From contig NZ_DASQCJ010000002.1 in the NCBI RefSeq assembly GCF_035634735.1, forward strand, positions 5,337 to 69,336: 64,000 nt of DNA. Reading direction: 5' to 3'. Positions 39,795 through 48,472 of this stretch are shown here, piece after piece. The DNA comes from Cellulomonas sp. (GTDB taxonomy: Bacteria > Actinomycetota > Actinomycetes > Actinomycetales > Cellulomonadaceae). The position numbers were made by a program, and so were the translations under genes. How positions within the stretch are numbered: the stretch's first letter is position 1; the number at the start of each line of letters is the position of its first letter. The notes beneath the pieces are model-generated. The model had not been told where the DNA came from, ran no database searches, and saw only the letters and a list, made by a program, of their open reading frames with translations.

Positions 39795-40925
39795 GTGCCA
39801 CCCACCGACCGGGCCCCCGGGGCCCCCGCCGTCGCGCCCACCGCCCGTCAGATCCGCCGCTGGCGCCGCTACCTCGCCGACGAGCGCGCCGAGGCCGCCG
39901 CCTACCGTGATCTCGCCTCCCGCCGCACCGGCGAGGAGCGCGCGATCCTGCTCGCGCTCGCCGACGCGGAGAAGCGGCACGAGCAGCACTGGCTCGACCT
40001 GCTGGGCGACAGGGTCGGCCGCCCGCTGCCCGGCGACGTCCGGTCCCGCGTGCTCGGCGCGCTCGCCCGGCGGTTCGGCGGGGTCTTCGTGCTGGCGCTC
40101 GCGCAGCGCGCCGAGGCCCGGTCGACCTACGGCGACGACGTCGACGCCACGCCCACGATGGCCGCCGACGAGCGGATCCACGAGGAGGTGGTCCGCAGCC
40201 TCGCGATGCGCGGCCGCAGCCGGATGTCCGGCACCTTCCGCGCGGCGGTGTTCGGCGCGAACGACGGCCTGGTGAGCAACCTGGCGCTGGTGCTCGGCAT
40301 CGGCGCGAGCGGCGTCGCCACGTCGACCGTCCTGCTGACCGGGCTCGCCGGCCTGCTCGCGGGCGCGCTGTCGATGGGTGCCGGCGAGTACGTCTCCGTG
40401 CGGTCGCAGCGCGAGCTGCTCGAGGCGTCGCGGCCGAGCGCCCAGGCGCGGGACGCGCTGCCGCACCTCGACCTCGACGCGAACGAGCTCGCCCTGGTCT
40501 ACCGGGCCCGCGGCATGGGCGCCGACGAGGCCCAGGCCCGGGCGGCCACCGTGCTCGCGGACCTGTCGGCCGCCGGCGGGGCGTCCGCGGCGCTGCCCGC
40601 CCAGGAGGCGGCGAGCGCGGGCGAGGAGGTCGACGAGCACGAGACCGTCGGCAGCGCGATGGGCGCCGCGCTGGCGTCCTTCTGCTTCTTCGCCGGCGGC
40701 GCCATCGTGCCCGTCGTGCCGTACCTGATGGGCCTCGAGGGGTGGGCCGCCGTCGCGCTGGCCTCCGGGCTGGTCGGCATCGCGCTGCTCGGCACCGGGG
40801 CCACGGTCGGCGTGCTGTCGGGGTCGTCGCCCGCCAAGCGGGCGCTGCGGCAGCTGGCGATCGGGTTCGGCGCCGCGGCGGCGACGTACCTGCTGGGGCT
40901 GGCGTTCGGGACGTCGGCGGCCTGA
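39795..40925 (+). CDS. VIT1/CCC1 transporter with N-terminal rubrerythrin-like domain
   Basis: LADERAEA...LADAEKRH...ADERIHEE; RAAVFGANDGLVSN; GALSMGAGEYVSV. Confidence 0.9.
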   Translation: MPPTDRAPGAPAVAPTARQIRRWRRYLADERAEAAAYRDLASRRTGEERAILLALADAEKRHEQHWLDLLGDRVGRPLPGDVRSRVLGALARRFGGVFVLALAQRAEARSTYGDDVDATPTMAADERIHEEVVRSLAMRGRSRMSGTFRAAVFGANDGLVSNLALVLGIGASGVATSTVLLTGLAGLLAGALSMGAGEYVSVRSQRELLEASRPSAQARDALPHLDLDANELALVYRARGMGADEAQARAATVLADLSAAGGASAALPAQEAASAGEEVDEHETVGSAMGAALASFCFFAGGAIVPVVPYLMGLEGWAAVALASGLVGIALLGTGATVGVLSGSSPAKRALRQLAIGFGAAAATYLLGLAFGTSAA

Positions 40926-40969
40926 CGTGCCGGGGCGCCGCGCCCCGCGGCGCCCCGGGATGTCCACCC

Positions 40970-40985
40970 TGTGGGATGTGTCACA
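40970..40985. promoter_or_regulatory. CRP/GlxR-like site
   Basis: TGTGG-GATGTG-TCACA, 9/10 match to TGTGA-N6-TCACA. Confidence 0.55.
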
Positions 40986-40992
40986 CAGGGGG

Positions 40993-41011
40993 TGAGGTAA
41001 GCCTTGCCTTC
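40993..41011. promoter_or_regulatory. IdeR/DtxR iron box
   Basis: TGAGGTAAGCCTTGCCTTC matches 16/19 of TWAGGTWAGSCTWACCTWA, 16 bp upstream of the siderophore-interacting gene. Confidence 0.8.
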
Positions 41012-41027
41012 GGGTTACGGTGGCGGC

Positions 41028-41969
41028 ATGACAGCGTCCACCGCCGCGCCGGCCGTCACCACGCCGTTCCGGTTCTTCGACGTCCGGGTGTCGCGGATCG
41101 TGGACCTCAGCCCGTCGTTCCGCCGGTTCACGTTCACCGGCGAGGACCTCGACCAGTTCGCCGACAACGGCTTCGACCAGCGGATCAAGCTGCTGCTCCC
41201 GCTGCCGTGCGGCTACGACGTCGTCCCGACCGGCGAGTCCTGGTACCTGCAGTGGCGCGAGCTCCCGGACGAGCTCCGGCACCCGATCCGCACCTACACG
41301 GCGCGGACGGCCCGGAACGACCTGCGCGAGCTCGACGTCGACATGGTGCTGCACGGCGACGCCGGCCCGGCGTCCGCGTGGGCCGGCTGCGCCCAGGTCG
41401 GCGACTCGCTCGTCATCCTCGGCCCGAACCGCGAGCACGAGGGCCCGTCGGGCGGCATCGACTTCGTCCCGCCGGCGCACGCGGACCGCCTGCTGCTCGC
41501 CGGCGACGAGACCGCCGCGCCCGCGATCGCCGGCATCCTGGAGCGGCTGACCCGCGACGCCCGCGGCGAGGCGCTCATCGAGGTCCCGGTCACGGGCGAC
41601 GCGATCCCGGTCGACGCCCCCGCCGGCGTGACCGTCCGCTGGCTGCCGCGCGACGGCGCCGCGCACGGCTCGCTGCTGGTGCCGGCCGTGCAGGCCGCCT
41701 GCAAGCGGCTCATGCCGCACGACGCCCCGCTGCCCGAGGGCATGGAGCTCGAGGACGTCGACATCGACTCCGGCATCCTGTGGGAGGTGCCCGTCGACTG
41801 GTCGACCGGCGAGCCGTACCGGCAGTCCGCCGCGCTGTACGCGTGGCTCGCGGGGGAGGCTGGGGCGATCAAGACGCTGCGCCGGCACCTCGTCGGCACG
41901 TGCGGGGTGGACCGGAAGGCCGTGGCGTTCATGGGGTACTGGCGCGAGGGGCGGGCCGAAGGGAACTGA
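41028..41969 (+). CDS. Siderophore-interacting protein (ViuB-type ferric reductase)
   Basis: [53 protein letters not shown]. Confidence 0.92.
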   Translation: MTASTAAPAVTTPFRFFDVRVSRIVDLSPSFRRFTFTGEDLDQFADNGFDQRIKLLLPLPCGYDVVPTGESWYLQWRELPDELRHPIRTYTARTARNDLRELDVDMVLHGDAGPASAWAGCAQVGDSLVILGPNREHEGPSGGIDFVPPAHADRLLLAGDETAAPAIAGILERLTRDARGEALIEVPVTGDAIPVDAPAGVTVRWLPRDGAAHGSLLVPAVQAACKRLMPHDAPLPEGMELEDVDIDSGILWEVPVDWSTGEPYRQSAALYAWLAGEAGAIKTLRRHLVGTCGVDRKAVAFMGYWREGRAEGN

Positions 41970-41991
41970 GGGCCCCACCTCGCACGAGACC

Positions 41992-42027
41992 TAGACAAGT
42001 AGGTTCGGTTTTGGGAACTTACTTGTC
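41992..42027 (+). promoter_or_regulatory. Promoter with overlapping 13-bp inverted-repeat operator
   Basis: GACAAGTAGGTTC (41994-42006) and GAACTTACTTGTC (42015-42027), one mismatch; -35 TAGACA, 17 bp, -10-like GAACTT; ATG at 42028. Confidence 0.7.
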
Positions 42028-42687
42028 ATGAGTGGGATCGTGAGCACGGGAGACGCAGCGCAGCGCCTCGGGCTGTCCACCCGCCAGGTCCGCAAGCTGG
42101 TCGTGGCCGGTGCGATCAAAGAAGCGGCCCGCGGCGTGCTCGACGCCACGTCCGTCGATCATTACGCAGCCATCGACCGCAGCGGCACCAAGGCATGGGC
42201 GCCCGAGACGGCGTGGGCCGCCGTCGCCCTGCTCGCAGGCCTGGACGCTCCGTGGCTCGGGCGCGACCAGACCGCTCGCCTGCGACGCCGCCTGCGTGAC
42301 GTGACCCCGGAGCAGCTCGTCGAGCGCGCCCGGGATCGCGCGACCGTCGTCCACTACAGCGCTCACCGCTCGGTGCTGCCCCGCATCGGCGCGCAGATCG
42401 CTCGTCCTCCACGCGAAGCACTGGGGCTCGCGGCGACCATGGACGGCAGCACGGACGGCTATCTCGCCGCAGCCTCCCTCGACCGGATCGTCCGCGACAA
42501 CGCCCTGAAGGAGGACCCGGACGGCAACCTCACGCTGCGTGCCACCGCCGTGGAGATCGACGCGATCGAGACCCTCGTCGCGACCGACGTGCTGGCCGCG
42601 CTCGACCTCGCAGCCTCCCTCGACACCCGTGAGCGGTACGTCGCCCTCACCTACCTGCGGGAGGCGCTGGCGAGGCGGCGCCCGTGA
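42028..42687 (+). CDS. Helix-turn-helix protein, putative AbiEi-like antitoxin/regulator
   Basis: N-terminal excisionase-type HTH STGDAAQRLGLSTRQVRKLV; coupled to the next gene by GTGA overlap; atypical codons. Confidence 0.65.
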   Translation: MSGIVSTGDAAQRLGLSTRQVRKLVVAGAIKEAARGVLDATSVDHYAAIDRSGTKAWAPETAWAAVALLAGLDAPWLGRDQTARLRRRLRDVTPEQLVERARDRATVVHYSAHRSVLPRIGAQIARPPREALGLAATMDGSTDGYLAAASLDRIVRDNALKEDPDGNLTLRATAVEIDAIETLVATDVLAALDLAASLDTRERYVALTYLREALARRRP

Positions 42688-43475
42688 CCGATCGGCTCAC
42701 CCTGGGCGTGATGACACCACCGGGAGGCTGGGGACCGCCTTGGCCGAACGTCGCCGAGATCGAGTCGGTCCTCCCGCACGACAAGTGGACCCTCGTCGGT
42801 GGGCTCATGACGCAGCTCCATGCGGCGAGGAACGGCATCTACACCGTGCGACCCACGGACGACGTCGACATCGTGCTGCACATCGAGACGACCCGTGGCT
42901 TGCCGGCGAGGGCCGCAGCGGCCCTCGAGGGGATCGGCTACGAGCTCGTGCTCCCGCTCGACCCGCGAGAGAGGACCGCGCACCGGTTCAAGCGCGCCGG
43001 ACAGCTCGTCGACCTGGTGACCGCGCACAGGGAGACGTCGGTCGTCGAGCCCGGGGTGGTCGACGTGCTGATCGCCGACCATCCGGCGCCGAGCGTCGTC
43101 GGGACGTTGCGGGGCAAGGACATGGTCGCGATCGAGGGCGGTACGCAGGCTCTGCGCCGGACCGTGCTGGCGACGCTCGCGATCCGCGAGGCGCACCTCA
43201 CCACGATCAGCACCCCCTCAGTGTTCGGGGCGCTGGTCCTCAAGGCAGCGGCGTTCCGAACCGACTCGCGCGACCCGCAGCGACATCTGCAGGACGCGGC
43301 GATCCTGCTGGCCTGCCTGGACAGTCCGCTTGCCGCCCGCGAGCAGTACACCGGATCGGACCTCTCCCGGATGCAGACGCTGCAGCGGAACCTGCCGGAT
43401 GACGCGCCGCAGTGGCGGCTGCTCGGCGGGAGGGCAGCCGACGGGCAGGCCGCGCTGCGACTGCTCGTCGCCTAG
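42684..43475 (+). CDS. Putative nucleotidyltransferase toxin (AbiEii/MenT-like)
   Basis: WTLVGGL...RPTDDVD (GG plus DxD), VDLV, LVLKAAAF...RHLQD C-terminal K/D motif. Confidence 0.7.
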   Translation: MTDRLTLGVMTPPGGWGPPWPNVAEIESVLPHDKWTLVGGLMTQLHAARNGIYTVRPTDDVDIVLHIETTRGLPARAAAALEGIGYELVLPLDPRERTAHRFKRAGQLVDLVTAHRETSVVEPGVVDVLIADHPAPSVVGTLRGKDMVAIEGGTQALRRTVLATLAIREAHLTTISTPSVFGALVLKAAAFRTDSRDPQRHLQDAAILLACLDSPLAAREQYTGSDLSRMQTLQRNLPDDAPQWRLLGGRAADGQAALRLLVA

Positions 43476-43574
43476 CAGCGCAGGCACCACGAGCGTCACC
43501 GGTGGTCGAGTGGGGTCTCACTCGATGTCGTGAGCGGTGGCCGCGGAGCAGAGCGGTGCTCGACTTCCTCTCTC

Positions 43575-45050
43575 TCAGGCGGTGCCGATCGAGGCGGGTG
43601 CCTGGTCGCGCATCGCCTGCGAGGCACGGAACTCCGGGGCTTCCGCATCGGTGCGGTACTCGACGACCGCGATCTTGTGCTCGCGGAGCGCTTCCAGGAC
43701 CTGGTCGGGCGTGGCGTAGAAGAACTCGCGACGCAGGTTGATCCGATTGACGCGACGATCCGCGAAATGGCGGTGCAGCATCGCCTCGATGCCGTACGCG
43801 TCCTCGGAGAAGAACAGTGCGTGGACGTCGAAGTTGAACGGGACGGATGCGTCCGACAGCTCCTTGACGCGGTCCATCGGGTCCAGGCGCCGGGTCATCC
43901 CGATCTTGACGACGTGCTCGCCCATCGACCCCTGGTTCGAGATCACGTACACGTAGCCGGCCCGGACGTTCGCGGCCCGGTAGTCGACGTCGGCGATCGA
44001 CTGGTCGAGCTCCGCGAGCTTGGCGCGGAGCTCCGCAGCGCCCCGCTCGTCACCGCGGGCCTCGAGCGCCGCCAGAGCGTTGGCGTAGTGGTCGCGTTCC
44101 TTGTCCAGCTTCTCGCGCTCGCGCCGCAGCTCGTCCTCGGCGCGCTTGGCCTCACGGAGCTCCTCGCGGTGAGCGCGTTCGGCCTCCTTCACCGCCTGGA
44201 CCGCCGCGAGGTGCCGGACGGCCAGCTCGAGCTCGCGCATCCGCAGCTGGTGGTACTCCCTGGTGATCGCCAGGGCGATCATCTTCCCGTTCTTCGCGAC
44301 CCGTTCCGCCGACTTCTCCAGCCGTGCCTGCGCCGTGGACAGGCCGCCGGCACGGGCGGTCTTGATCGCGTTCTCCGCCTCGGCGTTGTACGCCGCCAGG
44401 AGCATCTTCGACATGTCGTTGACGAACGCCCGGCCTTTGGCGGCCGAGTTGTTGAACGTGAAGTTCGGCGCGGCGGTCGTCGCTCGCTTGGCAGCCATGC
44501 AGCTCTTGATCTGGGTACGGATCGCGGACAGCTCGGCAGCGAGGTGCGCGGAGTCCTCAGCGGGGTGCGGGAAGTCGTAGAGCCCGAACTCGGTGACGTC
44601 GATGGCGTTGCGGACGTCGATGGTCTGCGCTCGCAGCGTGGCGACCTCCCGGCGTGCCGCCTCGACCTGCGCGGCGACGGCGTCGAGCTCGTCGCGGGCC
44701 GCGGAGAGCTGGAGGCGGATCTGGGCGAGGTCCAGCGACCCGGTCTGCTGCAAGGTGCGGCGGAGCTCGTCGTTCTCGCGGGTGAGGTCCCTCGCCGCTG
44801 CTCGCGCTCCGAAGAGTCCGATCTTGCGCGGCGCGGCCTCGACGTCGGGGGCTGGCCCCAGACCGGCCGTCTGCGCCGGAACCGGTGGCACGGCACCGGG
44901 GGCCGCGGTGGGCGCAGCCGGCAGCTGCTGGACCGGGCGCGTGTGCTCGGTCCACCGATAGCCGTCCCACCATCGGACGACGGCCGGGTCCTGCGGGTCG
45001 GGGTACCAGCTCGGTGGCGTCGAACGCAGGCAACGTAGCGGGCCCGACAC
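43575..45050 (-). CDS. DUF2510 + coiled-coil/DUF4041 + T5orf172 (GIY-YIG-like) protein
   Basis: WYPDP...RWWDG..W N-terminus; long heptad region; GYVYVISNQGS...KIGMTRR...RVKEL...PFNFDVHA...E.MLH...REFF. Start uncertain. Confidence 0.8.
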   Translation of the reverse strand: MSGPLRCLRSTPPSWYPDPQDPAVVRWWDGYRWTEHTRPVQQLPAAPTAAPGAVPPVPAQTAGLGPAPDVEAAPRKIGLFGARAAARDLTRENDELRRTLQQTGSLDLAQIRLQLSAARDELDAVAAQVEAARREVATLRAQTIDVRNAIDVTEFGLYDFPHPAEDSAHLAAELSAIRTQIKSCMAAKRATTAAPNFTFNNSAAKGRAFVNDMSKMLLAAYNAEAENAIKTARAGGLSTAQARLEKSAERVAKNGKMIALAITREYHQLRMRELELAVRHLAAVQAVKEAERAHREELREAKRAEDELRREREKLDKERDHYANALAALEARGDERGAAELRAKLAELDQSIADVDYRAANVRAGYVYVISNQGSMGEHVVKIGMTRRLDPMDRVKELSDASVPFNFDVHALFFSEDAYGIEAMLHRHFADRRVNRINLRREFFYATPDQVLEALREHKIAVVEYRTDAEAPEFRASQAMRDQAPASIGTA

Positions 45051-45120
45051 CGCGAGCAGGGCCGTTCCCGGACGGGACGCCGCAGATGAGTGACAACCAC
45101 GCCGAGGGGGCCGTGCGGCC

Positions 45121-46068
45121 CTACACCGCCACCAGCTCCGCGCCGTCGGTCGGCTGGTCGCCCAGAGCCACGCCGCGGATCGCCGGGTCGTCGTACGTGC
45201 TCCAGTAGTACGTCGAGGTCCGCGACGAGAACAGCCCGGTGTAGATCGTCTTCTCGAACTCGCCGGACGCCATGGCCGCGCAGCCGTCCACCATCGCCAC
45301 CTGCTGCAGCGTGTGGAACGCGCGACTGACGTTCTCCTCCTCCGTGGCCTTCTCCGGGTAGTGCGCGTTCACGTAGGCCGCCCGGACGAACCGCGACGGC
45401 GAGGAGTAGTCGCCCGGGACCCCGCGCATGTGCGACCCCGAGCCGAACGGGGCCAGCTTCGCCCGCCCGAGCACCGTCTCGTCGGGGAACTCGGGCGAGA
45501 CGTTCAGGTAGTTCCGCAGGTTCTCGTGGTGCCAGCCGAAGCCCGGCTGGTTCGCCAGGACGTCGACGTCGTCGTCGAACACGCGCAGGCCGTCGGCCGT
45601 CTGCTCGAGGACGATCGCGCGGTCCGCGTCCCCGACGACCCAGTGCAGCAGCGAGCTCGGATAGCGCTCGTCGACCGGCCGGTCCACGATCACGACGTCG
45701 CGGAGCGCCGCCTCGACCTCGTCGACCGTGGAGAACTGCGCGGCCACCCAGAACGGGACCTCGAAGGCGGCGACGTTCGTCGCGCCCTCGACCGGTCCCG
45801 GCGCGTACTGCGCGTACCCCGGGAAGTTGAGGCCCGCGACGGCCAGCCCGGCGGCGTTGCCGCAGTCGAAGTACAGCGGCGTGCCCGCCTCCACGATCCC
45901 CATGCCGATGACCGCGTGGCGGACCTCCGCGACGGCGCCGAACGGCGACCGCGGGCGGTACCCCGTCGGCGTCACCACCACGCGTTCGCCGTAGCCGCTG
46001 GTCCAGTCGAGATTGCGCGCCAGGTAGAGATGTCCCTGGCCGTCCGAGAACCGGATTCCTGTGCACAT
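45121..46068 (-). CDS. Choloylglycine hydrolase / linear amide C-N hydrolase (BSH-like Ntn hydrolase)
   Basis: M-CTG N-terminal nucleophile, ARNLDW, AGLNFPGYA, LANQP, PGDYSSPSRFVR; no signal peptide. Confidence 0.92.
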   Translation of the reverse strand: MCTGIRFSDGQGHLYLARNLDWTSGYGERVVVTPTGYRPRSPFGAVAEVRHAVIGMGIVEAGTPLYFDCGNAAGLAVAGLNFPGYAQYAPGPVEGATNVAAFEVPFWVAAQFSTVDEVEAALRDVVIVDRPVDERYPSSLLHWVVGDADRAIVLEQTADGLRVFDDDVDVLANQPGFGWHHENLRNYLNVSPEFPDETVLGRAKLAPFGSGSHMRGVPGDYSSPSRFVRAAYVNAHYPEKATEEENVSRAFHTLQQVAMVDGCAAMASGEFEKTIYTGLFSSRTSTYYWSTYDDPAIRGVALGDQPTDGAELVAV

Positions 46069-46250
46069 GTCGTGGCCCCCTGCCGGAGCGGTGCCTCGAC
46101 CGGAGCGCCTCACGGCCGCGGTCGGGCTCGCTCGTCGTCGGCGCCCGAGCCCCCTGCGTACCGCCCGGACGCGCGTCGAGCATCCCGCGGGACGGCGCCC
46201 ACGGCATCTGGGCGGCTGCGCCGACGGGCGCGGAGGGCCACAGTGGTCCC

Positions 46251-46427
46251 GTGAGACGGAAGCACCAGCGGCTGCTCGGCGCGATCGGCGCCGTCGTGTT
46301 CGCGTGCCTGGCGGTGACGTTCGTGCTGCGCGGCGGGACGCTCGACCTCGTGATGGCGGTGCTCGCGACGGCGGTGGCGGTCGCCCACGCGTACACCGCG
46401 ATCACCGCACCGAGGCGCGAGCGCTGA
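46251..46427 (+). CDS. 58-aa two-TM hypothetical protein (absent from the ORF track)
   Basis: GTG AGA CGG AAG CAC...; MRRKHQRLLGAIGAVVFACLAVTFVLRGGTLDLVMAVLATAVAVAHAYTAITAPRRER. Confidence 0.55.
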   Translation: MRRKHQRLLGAIGAVVFACLAVTFVLRGGTLDLVMAVLATAVAVAHAYTAITAPRRER

Positions 46428-46454
46428 CCCGCCCGGCGCGGCCACCCCGCGCGA

Positions 46455-47396
46455 TCACGCCGCCGGCACCCGCAGCCGCGCGCTCGTGCCCTGCCCCGGC
46501 CGCGACCGCAGGTCCACCGACCCGCCGTGCCGCTCCGCGACGACGCGCACCAGCGCCAGCCCGAGCCCCGACCCCGGGGTGCCCCGGGCCTGCTCGCCGC
46601 GCGCGAGCTCGTCGAAGACCGTGTCGAGCTCGTGCGCGGGGATGCCGGTGCCGGAGTCGGCGACCTCGACCTCCACGACCCCGTCGTCGTCCCGCCCGCG
46701 GACCTCGACCGTCGAGCCGGCCGGCGAGAACTTCAGCGCGTTCGCGAGCAGGTTGTAGACCGCCAGGTAGAGCAGGTCGACGTCGCCGCGGACGTGCGGC
46801 AGCGGCCAGGGCGCCTGCGGCAGCTGCACGGTGATGGCGCGCGGGACGCCCGCCGCGGCGGCCTGGTCCGTCAGGTCGGCCGCCGCGTCCTGCACCACCT
46901 GGGCGAGGTCGACGTCCTCGCGCTCCAGCGGGCGGGTCTCCAGCTCGGCGATCTTGCGCAGCTCGGCGACGAGCGCGGACAGCCGGGCGGTCTGCTGCCG
47001 GAGGGTGTCGTGGGCGCGGGCGGCGGCCGGGTCGAGCGCGGCGGGGTCCGGGACGACGCCCGGCAGGGCGGCGCGCAGGGCGGTCACCGGGTTCTTCATC
47101 TCGTGGTCCAGGCGGAGCAGGAACCGGCGGTGCGCGGCGCGCTCCTCCTCGCGCCCCGCGCGCTCGGCCGCCTCCGCGGCGGCGGCCACGGCGCGGCGCC
47201 GGTCCCGCGCGACGGCCAGCGCCAGCAGGACGACGGCGGTCAGCAGCAGGCCCGGCACGGCGAGCGCGACCGGCAGCGGCGTGCCGACCACCACGCGGAG
47301 CGAGCGGCCCGACGCGAGCGCGACGCCCGCCCCGAGCAGCCCCAGGGCGGCGGGGACCAGCGCCAGCATCAGCGCGAGCCGAGCCCGGCCCCTCAC
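46455..47396 (-). CDS. Sensor histidine kinase (two TM, very short external loop)
   Basis: LDHEMKNPV H-box, NLLANALKF, DSGTGI, GSGLGL. Confidence 0.93.
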   Translation of the reverse strand: MRGRARLALMLALVPAALGLLGAGVALASGRSLRVVVGTPLPVALAVPGLLLTAVVLLALAVARDRRRAVAAAAEAAERAGREEERAAHRRFLLRLDHEMKNPVTALRAALPGVVPDPAALDPAAARAHDTLRQQTARLSALVAELRKIAELETRPLEREDVDLAQVVQDAAADLTDQAAAAGVPRAITVQLPQAPWPLPHVRGDVDLLYLAVYNLLANALKFSPAGSTVEVRGRDDDGVVEVEVADSGTGIPAHELDTVFDELARGEQARGTPGSGLGLALVRVVAERHGGSVDLRSRPGQGTSARLRVPAA

Positions 47397-48118
47397 GGCC
47401 GGGTCCCGCGCTGCACGGCGCCGCAGAACCGGTAGCCGCCCGCCGGCACCGTCTCGACGTACCGCGGCGCGGCCGCGTCGTCGCCGAGGACGCGGCGGAT
47501 CTCCGCCACCCGGTGGTCCACCGCGCGGCTGCTGACGGCGAGCTCGAACCCCCACAGCGCCTGGAGCAGCCGCTCGCGGGTGTGCAGCTCGTCGGGGTGC
47601 GTCATCAGGTAGTCGAGCAGCAGCGACGCCTTGGGGGTGAGCGTGACCTCCCGGCCGGCGACCCACACCCGCCGCGCGGTCCGGTCCAGGACCAGGTCGC
47701 CGCTGACCAGCCGCTCCGCCGAGGCCAGGGACGGCTGACCCGGGACCGCCCGGCGGAGGACGGCGCGGACCCGGGCGTGCAGCTCCTGGGGGTCGAACGG
47801 CTTGTTCAGGTAGTCGTCGGCGCCCTCGTCGAGCGCCGCGGACCGCTCGGAGGACTCGCCGACCTGGGTCAGCAGGACCACGGGCGTCCAGTCGCCGGCC
47901 GCGCGCAGCCGGCGGACCACCGACCGGCCGTCGAGCCGCGGCATGAGCACGTCGCACACCAGGATGTCGGGGCGCCACCGCGCGTGCACCGCGAGGGCGG
48001 CCTCGCCGTCGGCGGCGGTCTCGACCTCCAGCCCGCTGCGGGTGAGGAACGACGCGAGGCCGTCGCGGATCGCCTCCTCGTCGTCGACCAGCAGGACGCG
48101 CGGCGCGCCCGCGGTCAC
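47393..48118 (-). CDS. OmpR-family response regulator
   Basis: LLVDDE, DILVCDVLMP, GADDYLNKPF, YVETVPAGGYRF. Confidence 0.95.
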   Translation of the reverse strand: MTAGAPRVLLVDDEEAIRDGLASFLTRSGLEVETAADGEAALAVHARWRPDILVCDVLMPRLDGRSVVRRLRAAGDWTPVVLLTQVGESSERSAALDEGADDYLNKPFDPQELHARVRAVLRRAVPGQPSLASAERLVSGDLVLDRTARRVWVAGREVTLTPKASLLLDYLMTHPDELHTRERLLQALWGFELAVSSRAVDHRVAEIRRVLGDDAAAPRYVETVPAGGYRFCGAVQRGTRP

Positions 48119-48399
48119 CGCGTCCCGCCCCAGACGAGGAAGCCGGTGACGACGAGCGCGACGACCAGGTAGGTCGCGAGCGCGAGGTAGCCGAGGACCA
48201 GGCCGATGACCGCGCACGCGGTGCCGCCCTCGCCGCGCGTCCGGATCTGGCGCAGCGCGACGTGCCCGGTGACGACGGGGACGACGGCGAACCCCAGCAG
48301 GCCGAGCACGAGGGTGACGACGGCGAGGGCGTTGGTCGGCCGGACGACGACCTGCGGGTACGGCTGCGGCGCGGGCTGGTACGGCTGCGGGGTGCTCAT
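48115..48399 (-). CDS. DUF4190-type small membrane protein
   Basis: PTNALAVVTLVLG...GHVALRQIRTRGEGG...AVIGLVLGY. Confidence 0.85.
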   Translation of the reverse strand: MSTPQPYQPAPQPYPQVVVRPTNALAVVTLVLGLLGFAVVPVVTGHVALRQIRTRGEGGTACAVIGLVLGYLALATYLVVALVVTGFLVWGGTR

Positions 48400-48472
48400 C
48401 GGGGGCTCCTGGCGTCGGCGCTGGTCGGGCGGGGACGGGGCGGGTGGGGACGGGTGGCCCGGGCGGCGCGGG

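Noticed and set aside
41970-45120. Island as a prophage, ICE or transposon
   Set aside because: No integrase, transposase or tRNA, and no flanking direct repeats recognised; only compositional evidence of foreign origin.
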